From Myxococcaceae bacterium (GTDB taxonomy: Bacteria > Myxococcota > UBA727 > JABDBI01): a DNA stretch of 64,000 bases. The position numbers and the translations under genes are program-made. Positions 52,019 through 61,770 of the stretch are shown one piece after another. Numbering within the stretch: the stretch's first letter is position 1; every line of letters starts with the position of its first letter. A model generated the notes under the pieces. That model had not been told where the DNA came from, ran no database searches, and worked only from the letters and a program-made list of their open reading frames with translations. The stretch is from positions 1,562-65,561 of the forward strand of contig JAECQY010000008.1 of assembly GCA_016000045.1 (NCBI GenBank), written 5' to 3'.

Positions 52019-52326
52019 AAATGCTCAAGATTATAGTTTTGACGCGCCGAATCTAAAAATACGTGAACAACAATATCGCCAAAATCGCACAGAATCCAAG
52101 ATCCTTGCTCAAAACCTTCGATGCTCAAAGGTCGAACACCTTGCTTACCAAGTTCCTCTTTGATGTTGCTCGCAATCGATTGAACTTGGCGTTCGCTGGG
52201 CGCTTCGCAAATGACAAAATAATCCGTAAAGCTGGTTACTTTTTGAAGGTCCAGAATCATCGTGCGTTCTGCTTTTTTTTCACTGGCGAAAAAAGCAGCT
52301 TTTTGAGCGATTTCCAAAGATTGCAT
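51982..52326 (-). CDS. rsfS: Ribosomal silencing factor RsfS (Iojap)
   Basis: ..MILDLQKVTSFTDYFVICEAPSERQVQSIASNI..WILCDFGDIVVHVF. Confidence 0.8.
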   Translation of the reverse strand: MQSLEIAQKAAFFASEKKAERTMILDLQKVTSFTDYFVICEAPSERQVQSIASNIKEELGKQGVRPLSIEGFEQGSWILCDFGDIVVHVFLDSARQNYNLEHFWREAEQVSCDF

Positions 52327-52385
52327 CCGCCTTCACTAACCCTGTGCTTCGAATGCGACAAGAGGGGAACGAAATTCTGGCCTTT

Positions 52386-53450
52386 TCAATGGCTCAAGCA
52401 CAGTATCGGGTGTGCATTGGAACAAAATGAACCCACCAGATCAGCGACTGGACTGTCGTAGTTGCAAGTCACCAAAAAATCAAACCCTGGAGTAGGAGAA
52501 CAATTGGCTGGGGTCAAAGCAAAAATTCCCCCATTGTTATTGACATCGTTCTCGGTTGGAGAGCCGCTTGGAGAGCCGGAATTCGACCATGCATTCGAAT
52601 CGCCGCATTGATACCCCCACCATACGGTTGATACATCCATCGTATTTTGGCTCCCAGGGTTGTCGTGGCTGCAAATTGCATCCCAAAAGCCGCACTGGCC
52701 CCAATAATCACTGGAAGCTCCAGCATCTCCGCCCACGCATTTTGAATTGGCCAAAGCCACACACATTAACGCAGTCTCTCCAGGATGCGCTCGATACAAG
52801 CCCGACCAGGCAGCAAACTGATTGGCATTGGAAGCCGGAATCCCGTTTCTGTCTTGAAGGGTGTTATTCACAGAAGAAAATTGCCCAGATGTTGAATCAG
52901 GGCCGAAAAAGTTTCCTCCTCCTTGCCATGCAATCAATCCATAAGCATTAAATCGATTTAATCCCTCCGATGGGCTATTTCCCGTTGTAGCTCCCAGGCG
53001 ATCCGGTTGAGCTAAAACCATCGCTGTCCAAGAAGCTACTTTTCGCATGCTTCCGATGGAAGATAATTGCGCCTGACTCATGCACCAATCGTCTAAAGAT
53101 TCGTAGCCCTTCGCCATAATGTTGTAGATATAACCGGTTCCCGATGGACCAGGGGCATCGCCCGAATGAATCCCTGGACGAATCGGATCCGTTGCAAACC
53201 AAATCTGATTGGAACCTGCTTGAGCTGCCTGAATTTGGCAACGATTGCTTTCATCGCACTGATTGTACGGCGGCGGACAATCATTCGATGTTTGACACAT
53301 CCCATCCAATTGCGGAGTCAGGGATCCATTCACACAAAGATAGCCCTGACTTGACTCGGCGCAAGAAAGACTTGCATCTTCAAGTTTCGATTTTTCCACA
53401 CTGCACGATGCGATCGCAATCAGAATCAAACCAAGCAACCATTTTGACAT
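52386..53450 (-). CDS. Secreted Cys-rich lipoprotein (family head module shared with the next two genes)
   Basis: Lipobox LIAIASCS; Cys-rich N-terminal module (CAESSQGYLCVNGS..CQTSNDCPP..CDESNRCQ); Gly/Ser/Asn-rich body. Confidence 0.45.
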   Translation of the reverse strand: MSKWLLGLILIAIASCSVEKSKLEDASLSCAESSQGYLCVNGSLTPQLDGMCQTSNDCPPPYNQCDESNRCQIQAAQAGSNQIWFATDPIRPGIHSGDAPGPSGTGYIYNIMAKGYESLDDWCMSQAQLSSIGSMRKVASWTAMVLAQPDRLGATTGNSPSEGLNRFNAYGLIAWQGGGNFFGPDSTSGQFSSVNNTLQDRNGIPASNANQFAAWSGLYRAHPGETALMCVALANSKCVGGDAGASSDYWGQCGFWDAICSHDNPGSQNTMDVSTVWWGYQCGDSNAWSNSGSPSGSPTENDVNNNGGIFALTPANCSPTPGFDFLVTCNYDSPVADLVGSFCSNAHPILCLSH

Positions 53451-53552
53451 GATCCAACTTACAGCGAGTCGATACTCAAAATCAATCGCAGTGGCATGAT
53501 GATGCATCACCGCGCAACCCAAAGCAGTCCATTCTGCGATCAAAAGCTAGCT

Positions 53553-56285
53553 CTAGCGAATACACGTATTTGCGACACAGTTAGGCACATCACTTGGGCA
53601 ATCCCACTGGCTTCCACATTGAGATTGATAAGCTCCCAGCTGAAGTGTCCCATTCACAGGAGATCCGTTCAGATCAAAAGCATATTGATGGCTGATCGGC
53701 GCACCCGAAATCGCTTTGCCTGAGATAGGCGAGCAGTTGCGATAAAGCGGTGGGCTGCAATCGAGCAGCTCTGCTTCAAGGCTGCAGGTATTATTTGCCG
53801 AATTCGCGTTCACTCCTGCCGTCACGTTTTCTGAAATTGTCGATTGAAGCGCCGGATTGGGCAAGCCACAAACCAATCCATTCGTATTCGCACCGGTCAC
53901 ACCATCGCATGTACCGCCGCTACTTAAACCGGAGCCCGTGTTATAGCGATACGACATGATGGGGCACAGATCGACGTAGTTCAGAGTCATCTTGTTTCCA
54001 CCTTGACCTGTAGACATTGAATTCGCTGTGGGAGCATTCAGATCGGAAGCAATGGAATTAATTTGAAGCGCCCCAGAAGCACGGTTTCCATACCACTCCA
54101 GATAGTTGCTATTGTTGATCGGATACAATCCTCGATTGTCTCGAAAGAGGGTGTTGCTTAGATTGGATTGAGCGTTGCTACCGACATCGTAAATACCTCC
54201 TCCTCCTTGGTTATAAGCAGAGTTGTTGATAAAAGTGAGATTATTCATCGTTGAGCTCGACCCCAAACTCGCCAGATACACTCCTCCACCCGCGTTACTA
54301 GCCCAATTTCCAACCCATAAAGAACTTTCCATATCGGCGGCTGAACTCGTATAGACCGCTCCTCCATTGCCATACGAATAGTTGGCGTTAAATTTGACTC
54401 CGTATAGATTCAAGACGTGGTTTGAATCGGCATTGAAGATGGCTCCGCCCAACGCAGTGAATACGCTCGGATTCGTAAATGTTCCGGTGCAAGTCCCCGA
54501 TGAGCAGGTTGTTCCTCCCGGGCACTCAGCGTTGCTTGCGCAAGACGGCGCTGGACTGAAAGAGCCATTCGAGCACGCTCCCCCACCGCTCGGGCAGATT
54601 AAGCCATACGGACAACGACCCCCTGAAGGACAATCAATGGGTCCACTGATACTGACGGCTCCGTTTCCAAAAAACGTCGATTGAACAACCGTCAGCTGGC
54701 CACCGGCACCATTGTATATCCCTCCACCAGCCTGGGCCGTATTCATGCTCAGCGCAGATTGAGTCAAGGTGGTAGTTCCATAGTTCGCTATCGCTCCGCC
54801 GTTGCCATTCAGATTGGTATTGGCACTCAGACGCAAGTTCTTCAAATTGGCCGTTGTTCCATTCGCAATCGTCATTCCTCCCGCATTTCCAAGCGGCGTC
54901 CCTGAGCACGTACTCGAATCAGCGCTCCAAATACAACCGGCCACCGCCTGACAAGAAGTTTGGGCTTCTCCAGTGCATGCCCCAACCAGCCCCCCGGTTC
55001 CATGATTGATTTGAAAACCGTCCAGTGTCATCGTACCGCTGCTGAAACTCAAGATGGGGGAGCCTGACCCCTGAACCACGGTCATACTGGGAACATTTTT
55101 ACCAAGCGCCTCACCAGCACCTTGACGATCCGCTGGTGAATCTTCAGTTCCGGAAAAGCCGCCGTAGATCGCCAAACTATGGAGAATCGATATCGGAAAG
55201 ATTTCAGCCTGCGTAGAGACACCCTTCTTCACCCAAATACCATACCCACAAGGGCATTGACTGCCTCGCGTATCCGTCGCGTCGGTTGCTGGAATCCAAT
55301 AAGCAGAAGAAATTGCATTGCCCACACAGGTGGGTTCTGGATTGGTCGGAGCCGAGCCGCTCAATAGGCTTAAAGCACCATGGGTCCCATTGATCGAATT
55401 GGCAGCCATCCCCCAACTGCTACCATTCGCATTCACTTCTGCTGAATAATCAACGTAAACGGCACAAATTTGTTGGCAAGTCGCACTGCAGTGCCCGGCT
55501 TGGCCGTTGCCAGCGCTCGGGTTATTTGCGGGTGGTTTACAAATTCCATTCGCCGTGGGGCAAGTCCAATCCTTTGGGCAATCCGTATTCGTGCTGCAAT
55601 TCAGCCCAAGCGCTCCCTCGTCACAGGCTTCTGACAAAGGCTGCACGACCCCATCTCCACAGGTGGAGGTTGCTTTTGACTGGACGCAGTAGCCCGAACC
55701 CGTTTCAGCAGAGCACGCTTGACCGAGTCTGCAGCCGATGCCATTGGCACACGTATTCCAGCTACAACCGCCATTGACACATTGCGCATAACCTGGAGCA
55801 GGACAGGTCCCTGACGAATTCCCGGTACAGGGCACAGCGCAAATTCCACCGTTACAAACCAGGCCCGTACCGCAATCCAATGCGCTTGAGCAAGAGCTCA
55901 ATTGCCCCCAGCCTGTGGTCACCGAATTCGAACTGCAAACAGGAGTCGCATTCACCGTGTTGTTGATTCCGAAGGGTGGGTAATTATTGTTACAAGATGG
56001 CTCACACGTTCCTGTCATGGGGCTGCAGATCTCTGCTGCGGCGCACGAGCCTCCTACTTCTCCTGCGCTCAAACACGCCGTCCGGCAAGTTCCTGTCTCA
56101 GGCTGTGTCCCGGGGAACTGGAAGTTACACAGCGAACCGTTCAAACAATCACTCGTTTTGGTGCAATCAGGACTCGAATTCGCCCTAAGCTGTTTGGCTT
56201 GCCACACAGCAGCAAGGCTTCGATCCCTTCGACTCTCCGAACAGCCGAACAGACTAAGCGCCAAAATAATCAAGCTTATTTTCAT
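53553..56285 (-). CDS. Large surface lipoprotein with Cys-rich EGF-like head modules and Pmp-like (GGA[ILV] / FxxN) parallel beta-helix repeats
   Basis: Lipobox LSLFGCSE. Repeated CxxGxC modules. Multiple GGAIAN, GGGIYN, GGAIFN, GGAVYT, GGGVYL, GGGIYD each followed by F..N (FFGN, FNAN, FINN, FRDN). Confidence 0.55.
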   Translation of the reverse strand: MKISLIILALSLFGCSESRRDRSLAAVWQAKQLRANSSPDCTKTSDCLNGSLCNFQFPGTQPETGTCRTACLSAGEVGGSCAAAEICSPMTGTCEPSCNNNYPPFGINNTVNATPVCSSNSVTTGWGQLSSCSSALDCGTGLVCNGGICAVPCTGNSSGTCPAPGYAQCVNGGCSWNTCANGIGCRLGQACSAETGSGYCVQSKATSTCGDGVVQPLSEACDEGALGLNCSTNTDCPKDWTCPTANGICKPPANNPSAGNGQAGHCSATCQQICAVYVDYSAEVNANGSSWGMAANSINGTHGALSLLSGSAPTNPEPTCVGNAISSAYWIPATDATDTRGSQCPCGYGIWVKKGVSTQAEIFPISILHSLAIYGGFSGTEDSPADRQGAGEALGKNVPSMTVVQGSGSPILSFSSGTMTLDGFQINHGTGGLVGACTGEAQTSCQAVAGCIWSADSSTCSGTPLGNAGGMTIANGTTANLKNLRLSANTNLNGNGGAIANYGTTTLTQSALSMNTAQAGGGIYNGAGGQLTVVQSTFFGNGAVSISGPIDCPSGGRCPYGLICPSGGGACSNGSFSPAPSCASNAECPGGTTCSSGTCTGTFTNPSVFTALGGAIFNADSNHVLNLYGVKFNANYSYGNGGAVYTSSAADMESSLWVGNWASNAGGGVYLASLGSSSTMNNLTFINNSAYNQGGGGIYDVGSNAQSNLSNTLFRDNRGLYPINNSNYLEWYGNRASGALQINSIASDLNAPTANSMSTGQGGNKMTLNYVDLCPIMSYRYNTGSGLSSGGTCDGVTGANTNGLVCGLPNPALQSTISENVTAGVNANSANNTCSLEAELLDCSPPLYRNCSPISGKAISGAPISHQYAFDLNGSPVNGTLQLGAYQSQCGSQWDCPSDVPNCVANTCIR

Positions 56286-57517
56286 TGACACATCACTCCT
56301 GCTTGGCACGTTGTCCCGATCGGACATAGCGATGGACCCTCAGAGCACCCTATTTGACACCAATAACCAGCGGCACCAAATTGTGCCTGGCGTTCACAAA
56401 TGGCTGAATCACCGCATGAATCTCCTCGCGTTGTGCACGATTTTTCACACGTTCCATTTGAGGCTCCACGAGCATAAGCACAGGTATTTCGCACCGCTGT
56501 TGACTCACAAGCATTCGCAGTAGAGCAAGGTTCCATGCACGTTGCCGTAATCAAGCTGCATTGCAAACCCTCTGAACCACAGACCCCCGTTTCCGCACGC
56601 GGATCACAACCTATTCGACAGACTCGATCGATCAAATCACAAGTTGTTCGCCCAACAGCTTGGTGATTCCATGTCATACAGTCAGACGAGGTTTGGCACT
56701 GGCTTTGGCAAATTGTTTCCGAGCAGCTAAAATGACTCAAGCAATGCGTGGTACTTTGGTTCACGCTTCCAGCACAGCCCATCTCGCAGCTTCCTGATTC
56801 CGAACTGCCTAAAACATAACAGGTTTGACGCAAACCTCCGGTTGCACACCCACTGGAGGCTCCATTGCTTAGGGTACAAGATGGCACACACGTTGCCGTC
56901 ATGGAACTGCAGGTAGTCGATACTTGGGTTTGAGAGCTTGAGCCTGTCTGTGTGTAGCTGCTGGAAGGTGAACAATTAACCGTCTTGCTTCCCACGGTTG
57001 CACAAGGCAGCTCGCAGGTTCCTGTGATCGCATCGCAACGTTGTGAGCTTTCCGTAGCCCAACAATCTGAATCGCTACCGCAGGCGTGTTTGCAAAACCC
57101 GTTCGAGCTTTTCGCCACCGTGTTCACAGGCGAAGTACAGGTAGCATTCCCGGTGCTATCCGGATTCGCGCAATATTGCCTGGAACCATGGGTCACGCAC
57201 ACCGGACTAGCCCCTGCATAATAAATGGAAGCACAATCCGCATTGCTCAAACACCTCGGCTCACAAAGCCCTGTGATGGGGCTACACACTTCCCAGGCTG
57301 CGGCACAAGAGCCACCGACAGTACACGGTTGCCCGCATTGTCCGCCTTTCGAGCTGCTTAAAAACAAGTTGCACTTTTCACCCGCGACTAGGCAATCGGC
57401 ATCGACCGCACAAGCGTTATGAGAAGAGGGGGCAGGAGGCTGGGATGCGTTGCGAGAACAATTCACGCTTCCCCAAGCAAACAGTAGCCAAGTGATCACC
57501 ATCGAGCGAATTCGCAT
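56282..57517 (-). CDS. Secreted Cys-rich repeat protein (paralogous head module: GGSCAAAWEVCSPITGLCEPRC vs GGSCAAAEICSPMTGTCEPSC in the neighbour)
   Basis: Signal peptide MRIRSMVITWLLFAWGSVNC; about 60 Cys in repeated C-x-x-x-x-D-C / C-S-P-I-T-G-x-C modules. Confidence 0.5.
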   Translation of the reverse strand: MRIRSMVITWLLFAWGSVNCSRNASQPPAPSSHNACAVDADCLVAGEKCNLFLSSSKGGQCGQPCTVGGSCAAAWEVCSPITGLCEPRCLSNADCASIYYAGASPVCVTHGSRQYCANPDSTGNATCTSPVNTVAKSSNGFCKHACGSDSDCWATESSQRCDAITGTCELPCATVGSKTVNCSPSSSYTQTGSSSQTQVSTTCSSMTATCVPSCTLSNGASSGCATGGLRQTCYVLGSSESGSCEMGCAGSVNQSTTHCLSHFSCSETICQSQCQTSSDCMTWNHQAVGRTTCDLIDRVCRIGCDPRAETGVCGSEGLQCSLITATCMEPCSTANACESTAVRNTCAYARGASNGTCEKSCTTRGDSCGDSAICERQAQFGAAGYWCQIGCSEGPSLCPIGTTCQAGVMCQ

Positions 57518-57592
57518 ATTGGCACGCTAGGCCAAAAGGCAACTTCGCTGCAAGCAACCCTTGGGAAATTCTTTTTCGCTGGCGATTTGGAC

Positions 57593-58213
57593 TCAGAACG
57601 CGCTTAAAACAATCAATACCGCAAAAACAATCAACAAAATTCCTGAGACCATTCCGACCGCGTGCATGTGGCGGTCTTCGAGTTTGGATTTTAGGCAAGC
57701 TGCTAAGCCACTGAGAAAAACCCACCACAGCAAAGAACCCCAAAAAACCGACCCAGCTAAGATCAGAGCTTGATCCACGCCGTGTGAATCCATTTGAACC
57801 CCTGCCATCACCGCCACGTAAGCCAACACAGTCATGGGATTGCTCAAGGTTAAGATAAACGCTGAAATAAAAGCAGCCCACAAACCTTTGTTTTCCGGCA
57901 CAATGCCGCTTTTCTTAAGATCACGAGATTCGCGCAGAATGCGAGTTCCCAAAATCGCCAAGAAAATACCTCCACTGATTTTCAGGAGCATCTGATACTG
58001 AAACAGAAATTGCGATACCGCAGACAAGCCTAGAATCCCGACGAGTCCATAAAGAGCATCGGCCAAAGAAATACCGATACTGGTCGCCAATCCAACCGAA
58101 AATCCAAATCTCAGGGTACGCTGAATACACAGCAAAGCCATCGGCCCGACCGGGACAGCCAACACGAGTCCAATGAGAAACGCTTGTATCAAGGGTGATA
58201 AGTGCCAAACCAT
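57593..58213 (-). CDS. LysE/RhtB-family amino-acid exporter
   Basis: 206 aa, 6 TM helices; N-terminal LIQAFLIGLVLAVPVGPMALLCIQRTL typical of LysE. Confidence 0.75.
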   Translation of the reverse strand: MVWHLSPLIQAFLIGLVLAVPVGPMALLCIQRTLRFGFSVGLATSIGISLADALYGLVGILGLSAVSQFLFQYQMLLKISGGIFLAILGTRILRESRDLKKSGIVPENKGLWAAFISAFILTLSNPMTVLAYVAVMAGVQMDSHGVDQALILAGSVFWGSLLWWVFLSGLAACLKSKLEDRHMHAVGMVSGILLIVFAVLIVLSAF

Positions 58214-58275
58214 AGAAGCGGTTCAAGATAGCAAGAACAGCGCTTGCTTGCAACTTGTTGTCATTTTGAAGCGAT

Positions 58276-58305
58276 TCAAACAAAAAAGCCAGAGCAAGCT
58301 CTGGC
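58276..58305 (-). terminator. Rho-independent terminator downstream of the FKBP gene
   Basis: GCCAGAGC-AAG-CTCTGGC stem flanked by A-run and T-run. Confidence 0.55.
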
Positions 58306-58335
58306 TTTTTCGAGTCCACTCGGGTTAGCGAGAGA

Positions 58336-59079
58336 CTATCTTCTGGCAGGTGCCTTAGAGGCTTCTGCGTTGCCTTTTTCAATCGAAATGACCTGAACGT
58401 TAAATTTCAGCACTTGATTGGGGCCAATCGACGAACCAACGCCTTGAGCTCCATAAGCCAAGTTCGCAGGAATAAACAATTCCCATTCCGAACCCGCGGG
58501 CATCAACTGAAGCGCTTCCGCCATACCAGGAATGGTATTCCCGACAGAGAAAGTGGCCGGTTTTCCACGCGTCTTGGTGCTATCGAAAGTCTTTCCATCC
58601 AACAAGCTCCCGGTGTATTCAACCGTGACACTGTCTTCTTTCCCTGCTCTCTCACCGCTTCCAGCCTTGACGATTTTGTATTGCAAACCGCTTGGAAGCG
58701 TGACAACACCCTCAGCCGTCTTATTCTTAGCTAAGAATTCTTCTCCTTCTTTCTGATTCTTTTTGCCGGCTTCTTCGGCCTCTTGTTTACGCTTTTCCAT
58801 CAAATTGGTACGGAAAGTCGTCATGACTTCACGCATTTGCTCTTCGTTTAGAGCAGGTTGACTGTCTTTGGTCAAACCTTCCTTAAGCGCACGAACAAAG
58901 ATCTCCTGATTCACGTCCACCGATTGCTCGGCGAAACTTTTTCCAGTGCTATAACCCAAGATGTAGCTTACTTTTTCAATTTCGGTCTTCAAATCGCTCG
59001 ATGCAACAGACGCGCCGCTCTTTTTATTACAGGCCAACAACGCCGCGAGAACAAGCGACATACCAACAAGTCTCAACAT
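58336..59079 (-). CDS. fkpA: FKBP-type peptidyl-prolyl cis-trans isomerase with N-terminal dimerisation helix (FkpA/Mip-like)
   Basis: Signal peptide; FKBP core VTVEYTGSLLDGKTFDS...FSVGNTIPGMAEALQLMPAGSEWELFIPANLAYG. Confidence 0.8.
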   Translation of the reverse strand: MLRLVGMSLVLAALLACNKKSGASVASSDLKTEIEKVSYILGYSTGKSFAEQSVDVNQEIFVRALKEGLTKDSQPALNEEQMREVMTTFRTNLMEKRKQEAEEAGKKNQKEGEEFLAKNKTAEGVVTLPSGLQYKIVKAGSGERAGKEDSVTVEYTGSLLDGKTFDSTKTRGKPATFSVGNTIPGMAEALQLMPAGSEWELFIPANLAYGAQGVGSSIGPNQVLKFNVQVISIEKGNAEASKAPARR

Positions 59080-59157
59080 GTTAATTCTCCTCCAAAGGGG
59101 GCATTAAAGCACACTTCTGTGTTTTACAAAAGCCTGATTTCGTGCCAAAATACGGAA

Positions 59158-59772
59158 ATGGCAAAAAGCCCGCTAAAAGATAAAGATTTCATTCCAACGG
59201 ATGAATCGCTTGCTCAGATCCTTGGAAATCGTTGGAATCGCTATCAGGAGACCGTGGCTGAGTTGACCAAAAGAAAACTCTATCCCGAAATGTATTGGTA
59301 CGGCCCTTCCAGCGGCTGGGCTCCTCGTTTTTGCATTGCAGAAGTCACCGTCTGTGGAATTTATCTGGCTCAAAATCCTCTGATGGGGCTGGTCGGAGTC
59401 GGCGACAAGGTCGGCATGTTTCTAGACAAAGATCAGGACCTCAGCCCGCGTGCTCGTGGGCTCTACGAGATGACTCCCAAGAAAGGCCCTCTGCGTTGGA
59501 TCGAAGCCCAGTTGGCGACACGCGGAGATTTGGAAGCCTTCTTATCGCTGGTGGATGGCAAACTGCGAGCCCTCGCCACGGATGGAACCGTTCCCAAAGA
59601 CACCCCACCACTCCCGGGTCGAATCAAACGAAAAGAACCTGGGCCGGTCAAAGAGCCAGGAAAACCCGGTCGCAAAGCGGCTAAAGCGAGCGAACCCAAA
59701 GAAGAGCCTATTCAGATAGGACCTCCTGAAAATTACTCCATCCAAGATATTTTACGAGCTGGACGAGGTTAG
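59158..59772 (+). CDS. Hypothetical protein with Lys/Pro/Glu-rich C-terminal tail (start at MAKSPLKD; the longer ORF overlaps fkpA antisense)
   Basis: ORF 58858..59772 trimmed to the first Met clear of the opposite-strand gene. Confidence 0.4.
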   Translation: MAKSPLKDKDFIPTDESLAQILGNRWNRYQETVAELTKRKLYPEMYWYGPSSGWAPRFCIAEVTVCGIYLAQNPLMGLVGVGDKVGMFLDKDQDLSPRARGLYEMTPKKGPLRWIEAQLATRGDLEAFLSLVDGKLRALATDGTVPKDTPPLPGRIKRKEPGPVKEPGKPGRKAAKASEPKEEPIQIGPPENYSIQDILRAGRG

Positions 59773-61295
59773 GCGTCTTTCTTGACGGCCTTGATTTCGC
59801 CACCAAAAATCGACAAGGCTCTTTGGACGGTCGGATGATTTCGAGCTTGTTCTTCCAAGCTTTCCTGGTCACGCTTGGCCTGCGTCTCGCGAGCCACGTG
59901 AATGCTTTCGCTTAAAACAGCACTGGGAAGCTGGTCGAAGGCCTCTTGAAAGAGTTGCCGAAATTCGCTTTCTTGACAGGCCTCTTGGATACGCGTGAAG
60001 TGAAGCTTTTGATCAAACTCCATTTTCCCGTTTGCCAGCAATCGAGCGTGCTCTAAATGATGCGCCACCATCGGCATTTTTTGCCCCAGGTGTTTCACAA
60101 AGTCTTGCCAACTACTCTTTTTTGCTTTTTGAGTGGGCTGAGGAAGCACTTGGCCCAGTTTTTCAAGACGCGCGATGGCCTCTTGAACCTCTGAGAGCTG
60201 ACTCAACTGAGGCCTTCCCGCCATCCGAACGAAAGCAAGCTCAAGCTGCATCTTGGGGCGTTCGGATAAGCCCATCTCATGAATGCCCTCTAAAGCCATC
60301 TTGAATAAACGCTGCAAATCGAATGCATCATGCAATCTTGCGGTTTCATCAATCTGATCCACGCGCTCTTTCGTCAAGTCGGCTAAATTTTGGATGCTTC
60401 CAGCTGCTTTTGAAATACACAGATGGCGAAACTCGGTCGCAACGCCATTAGCAAGCTGGCGCAAATCAAAACCAGCCGAGCTAGCCGTCTCAATCACCGC
60501 AAGAGCCTCTCTTGGCTTGGCTTCTAGAATGGCATTGGAAGCCTTTAAAATCGCCTGCTGATCCATCAGCCCTAAAATTTCGGTCACATCTTGAAGCGAT
60601 GCACTCGTACCGGAAAAACTGAGCACTTGGTCCAACAGACTGAGAGCATCGCGCATACCGCCATCGGCATTTTCAGCCATCAACATCAAGCCTGCATCAT
60701 CCATTTGAAGAGACTCTTTCTCCAAAATTGATTTTAAATGCGAAACAATCGTTGAAACCGCCATCCGCTTAAAATCATAACGTTGGCAACGAGAGAGAAT
60801 CGTAATCGGAATTTTATGCGCTTCGGTCGTTGCGAAAATAAATTTCACGTGCGCAGGCGGCTCTTCTAAGGTTTTCAGAAGCGCATTAAACGCACTACTC
60901 GACAGCATGTGAACTTCATCGATGATAAACACCTTAAAACGCGCTCTCGCCGGTTGGTAACGTACGTTTTCACGAAGTTCTCGAATATCGTCTACGCCCG
61001 TATTGCTCGCTCCATCAATCTCGATCACGTCGATTGAAGATCCAGCTGCAATATCCTGGCAAACAGAGCAGACTCCACAAGGGTCTGGGGACATTCCTTT
61101 TTCGCAAGACAAAGCCTTTGCCAAAAGACGAGCCACCGTGGTTTTCCCAACCCCCCGGCTTCCAGTGAGCAAAAAGGCATGTGCTATACGACCCGATGTA
61201 AGCGCTGCAGACAGCGTTTTAACAATCACTTCCTGACCCACAACTTCTGAGAAACGTTGAGGTCTCCACTTCCGGGCAAGCACCAAATAATTCAT
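59769..61295 (-). CDS. dnaX: DNA polymerase III subunit gamma/tau
   Basis: MNYLVLARKWRPQRFSEVVGQE.., AAA Walker A GSRGVGKTT, zinc module C..C..C..C, SRC motif. Confidence 0.9.
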   Translation of the reverse strand: MNYLVLARKWRPQRFSEVVGQEVIVKTLSAALTSGRIAHAFLLTGSRGVGKTTVARLLAKALSCEKGMSPDPCGVCSVCQDIAAGSSIDVIEIDGASNTGVDDIRELRENVRYQPARARFKVFIIDEVHMLSSSAFNALLKTLEEPPAHVKFIFATTEAHKIPITILSRCQRYDFKRMAVSTIVSHLKSILEKESLQMDDAGLMLMAENADGGMRDALSLLDQVLSFSGTSASLQDVTEILGLMDQQAILKASNAILEAKPREALAVIETASSAGFDLRQLANGVATEFRHLCISKAAGSIQNLADLTKERVDQIDETARLHDAFDLQRLFKMALEGIHEMGLSERPKMQLELAFVRMAGRPQLSQLSEVQEAIARLEKLGQVLPQPTQKAKKSSWQDFVKHLGQKMPMVAHHLEHARLLANGKMEFDQKLHFTRIQEACQESEFRQLFQEAFDQLPSAVLSESIHVARETQAKRDQESLEEQARNHPTVQRALSIFGGEIKAVKKDA

Positions 61296-61318
61296 GTTGT
61301 AGAAGCCTAAATAAAAAA

Positions 61319-61403
61319 GCCGCTTCGCACAAGCACCTCAGCGATACCGTTGCTTTCTTCCGAACCTGGCGGGGTTTTCACTGACAAACTTTGCGAAGCG
61401 GCC
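61319..61403 (-). ncRNA. ffs: Signal recognition particle RNA (small 4.5S type), candidate
   Basis: Minus-strand GGCCGCTTCGCAAAG...CCGCCAGGTTCGGAAGAAAGCAACGG...CTTGTGCGAAGCGGC. The central CCAGG..CGGAAG.AAGCA.C resembles the SRP RNA domain IV consensus (CCAGGUC.GGAAGGAAGCAGC). Terminal stem closes and is followed by a T-run. Canonical position immediately upstream of dnaX. Confidence 0.55.
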
Positions 61404-61494
61404 TGGCGGAGAGAGAGGGATTCGAACCCTCGTTAACGGATCACGCTAAACACGATTTCCAATCGTGCGCCTTCAACCACTCGGCCACCTCTCC
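61404..61494 (-). tRNA. tRNA-Ser (anticodon GGA), long variable arm
   Basis: Reverse complement GGAGAGGTGGCCGAGTGGTTGAAGGCGCACGATTGGAAATCGTG...GAGGGTTCGAATCCCTCTCTCTCCGCCA. Confidence 0.8.
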
Positions 61495-61499
61495 AAAAC

Positions 61500-61589
61500 T
61501 GGCGGACAGCGAGGGATTTGAACCCCCGAGACCCTTGCAGGTCTGTCTGATTTCGAATCAGGTGCCTTCAGCCACTCGGCCAGCTGTCC
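61500..61589 (-). tRNA. tRNA-Ser (anticodon CGA), long variable arm
   Basis: Reverse complement GGACAGCTGGCCGAGTGGCTGAAGGCACCTGATTCGAAATCAG...GGGGGTTCAAATCCCTCGCTGTCCGCCA. Confidence 0.8.
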
Positions 61590-61682
61590 AGTTTTAAACA
61601 CGCTGCTCGCGCAATGTACCTGAGATTGAAAAAAAAACAACCCTTGACCGACGAAAGAATTCTGTGCAAAAGGGAGTCCAAC

Positions 61683-61758
<76 letters not shown>

Positions 61759-61770
61759 GAAGCAAACTCC

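Noticed and set aside
53093-53452. Small ORFs inside 52386..53543 on both strands
   Set aside because: Overlap the better-supported secreted lipoprotein gene, which has signal peptide and Cys-module continuity with its neighbours.
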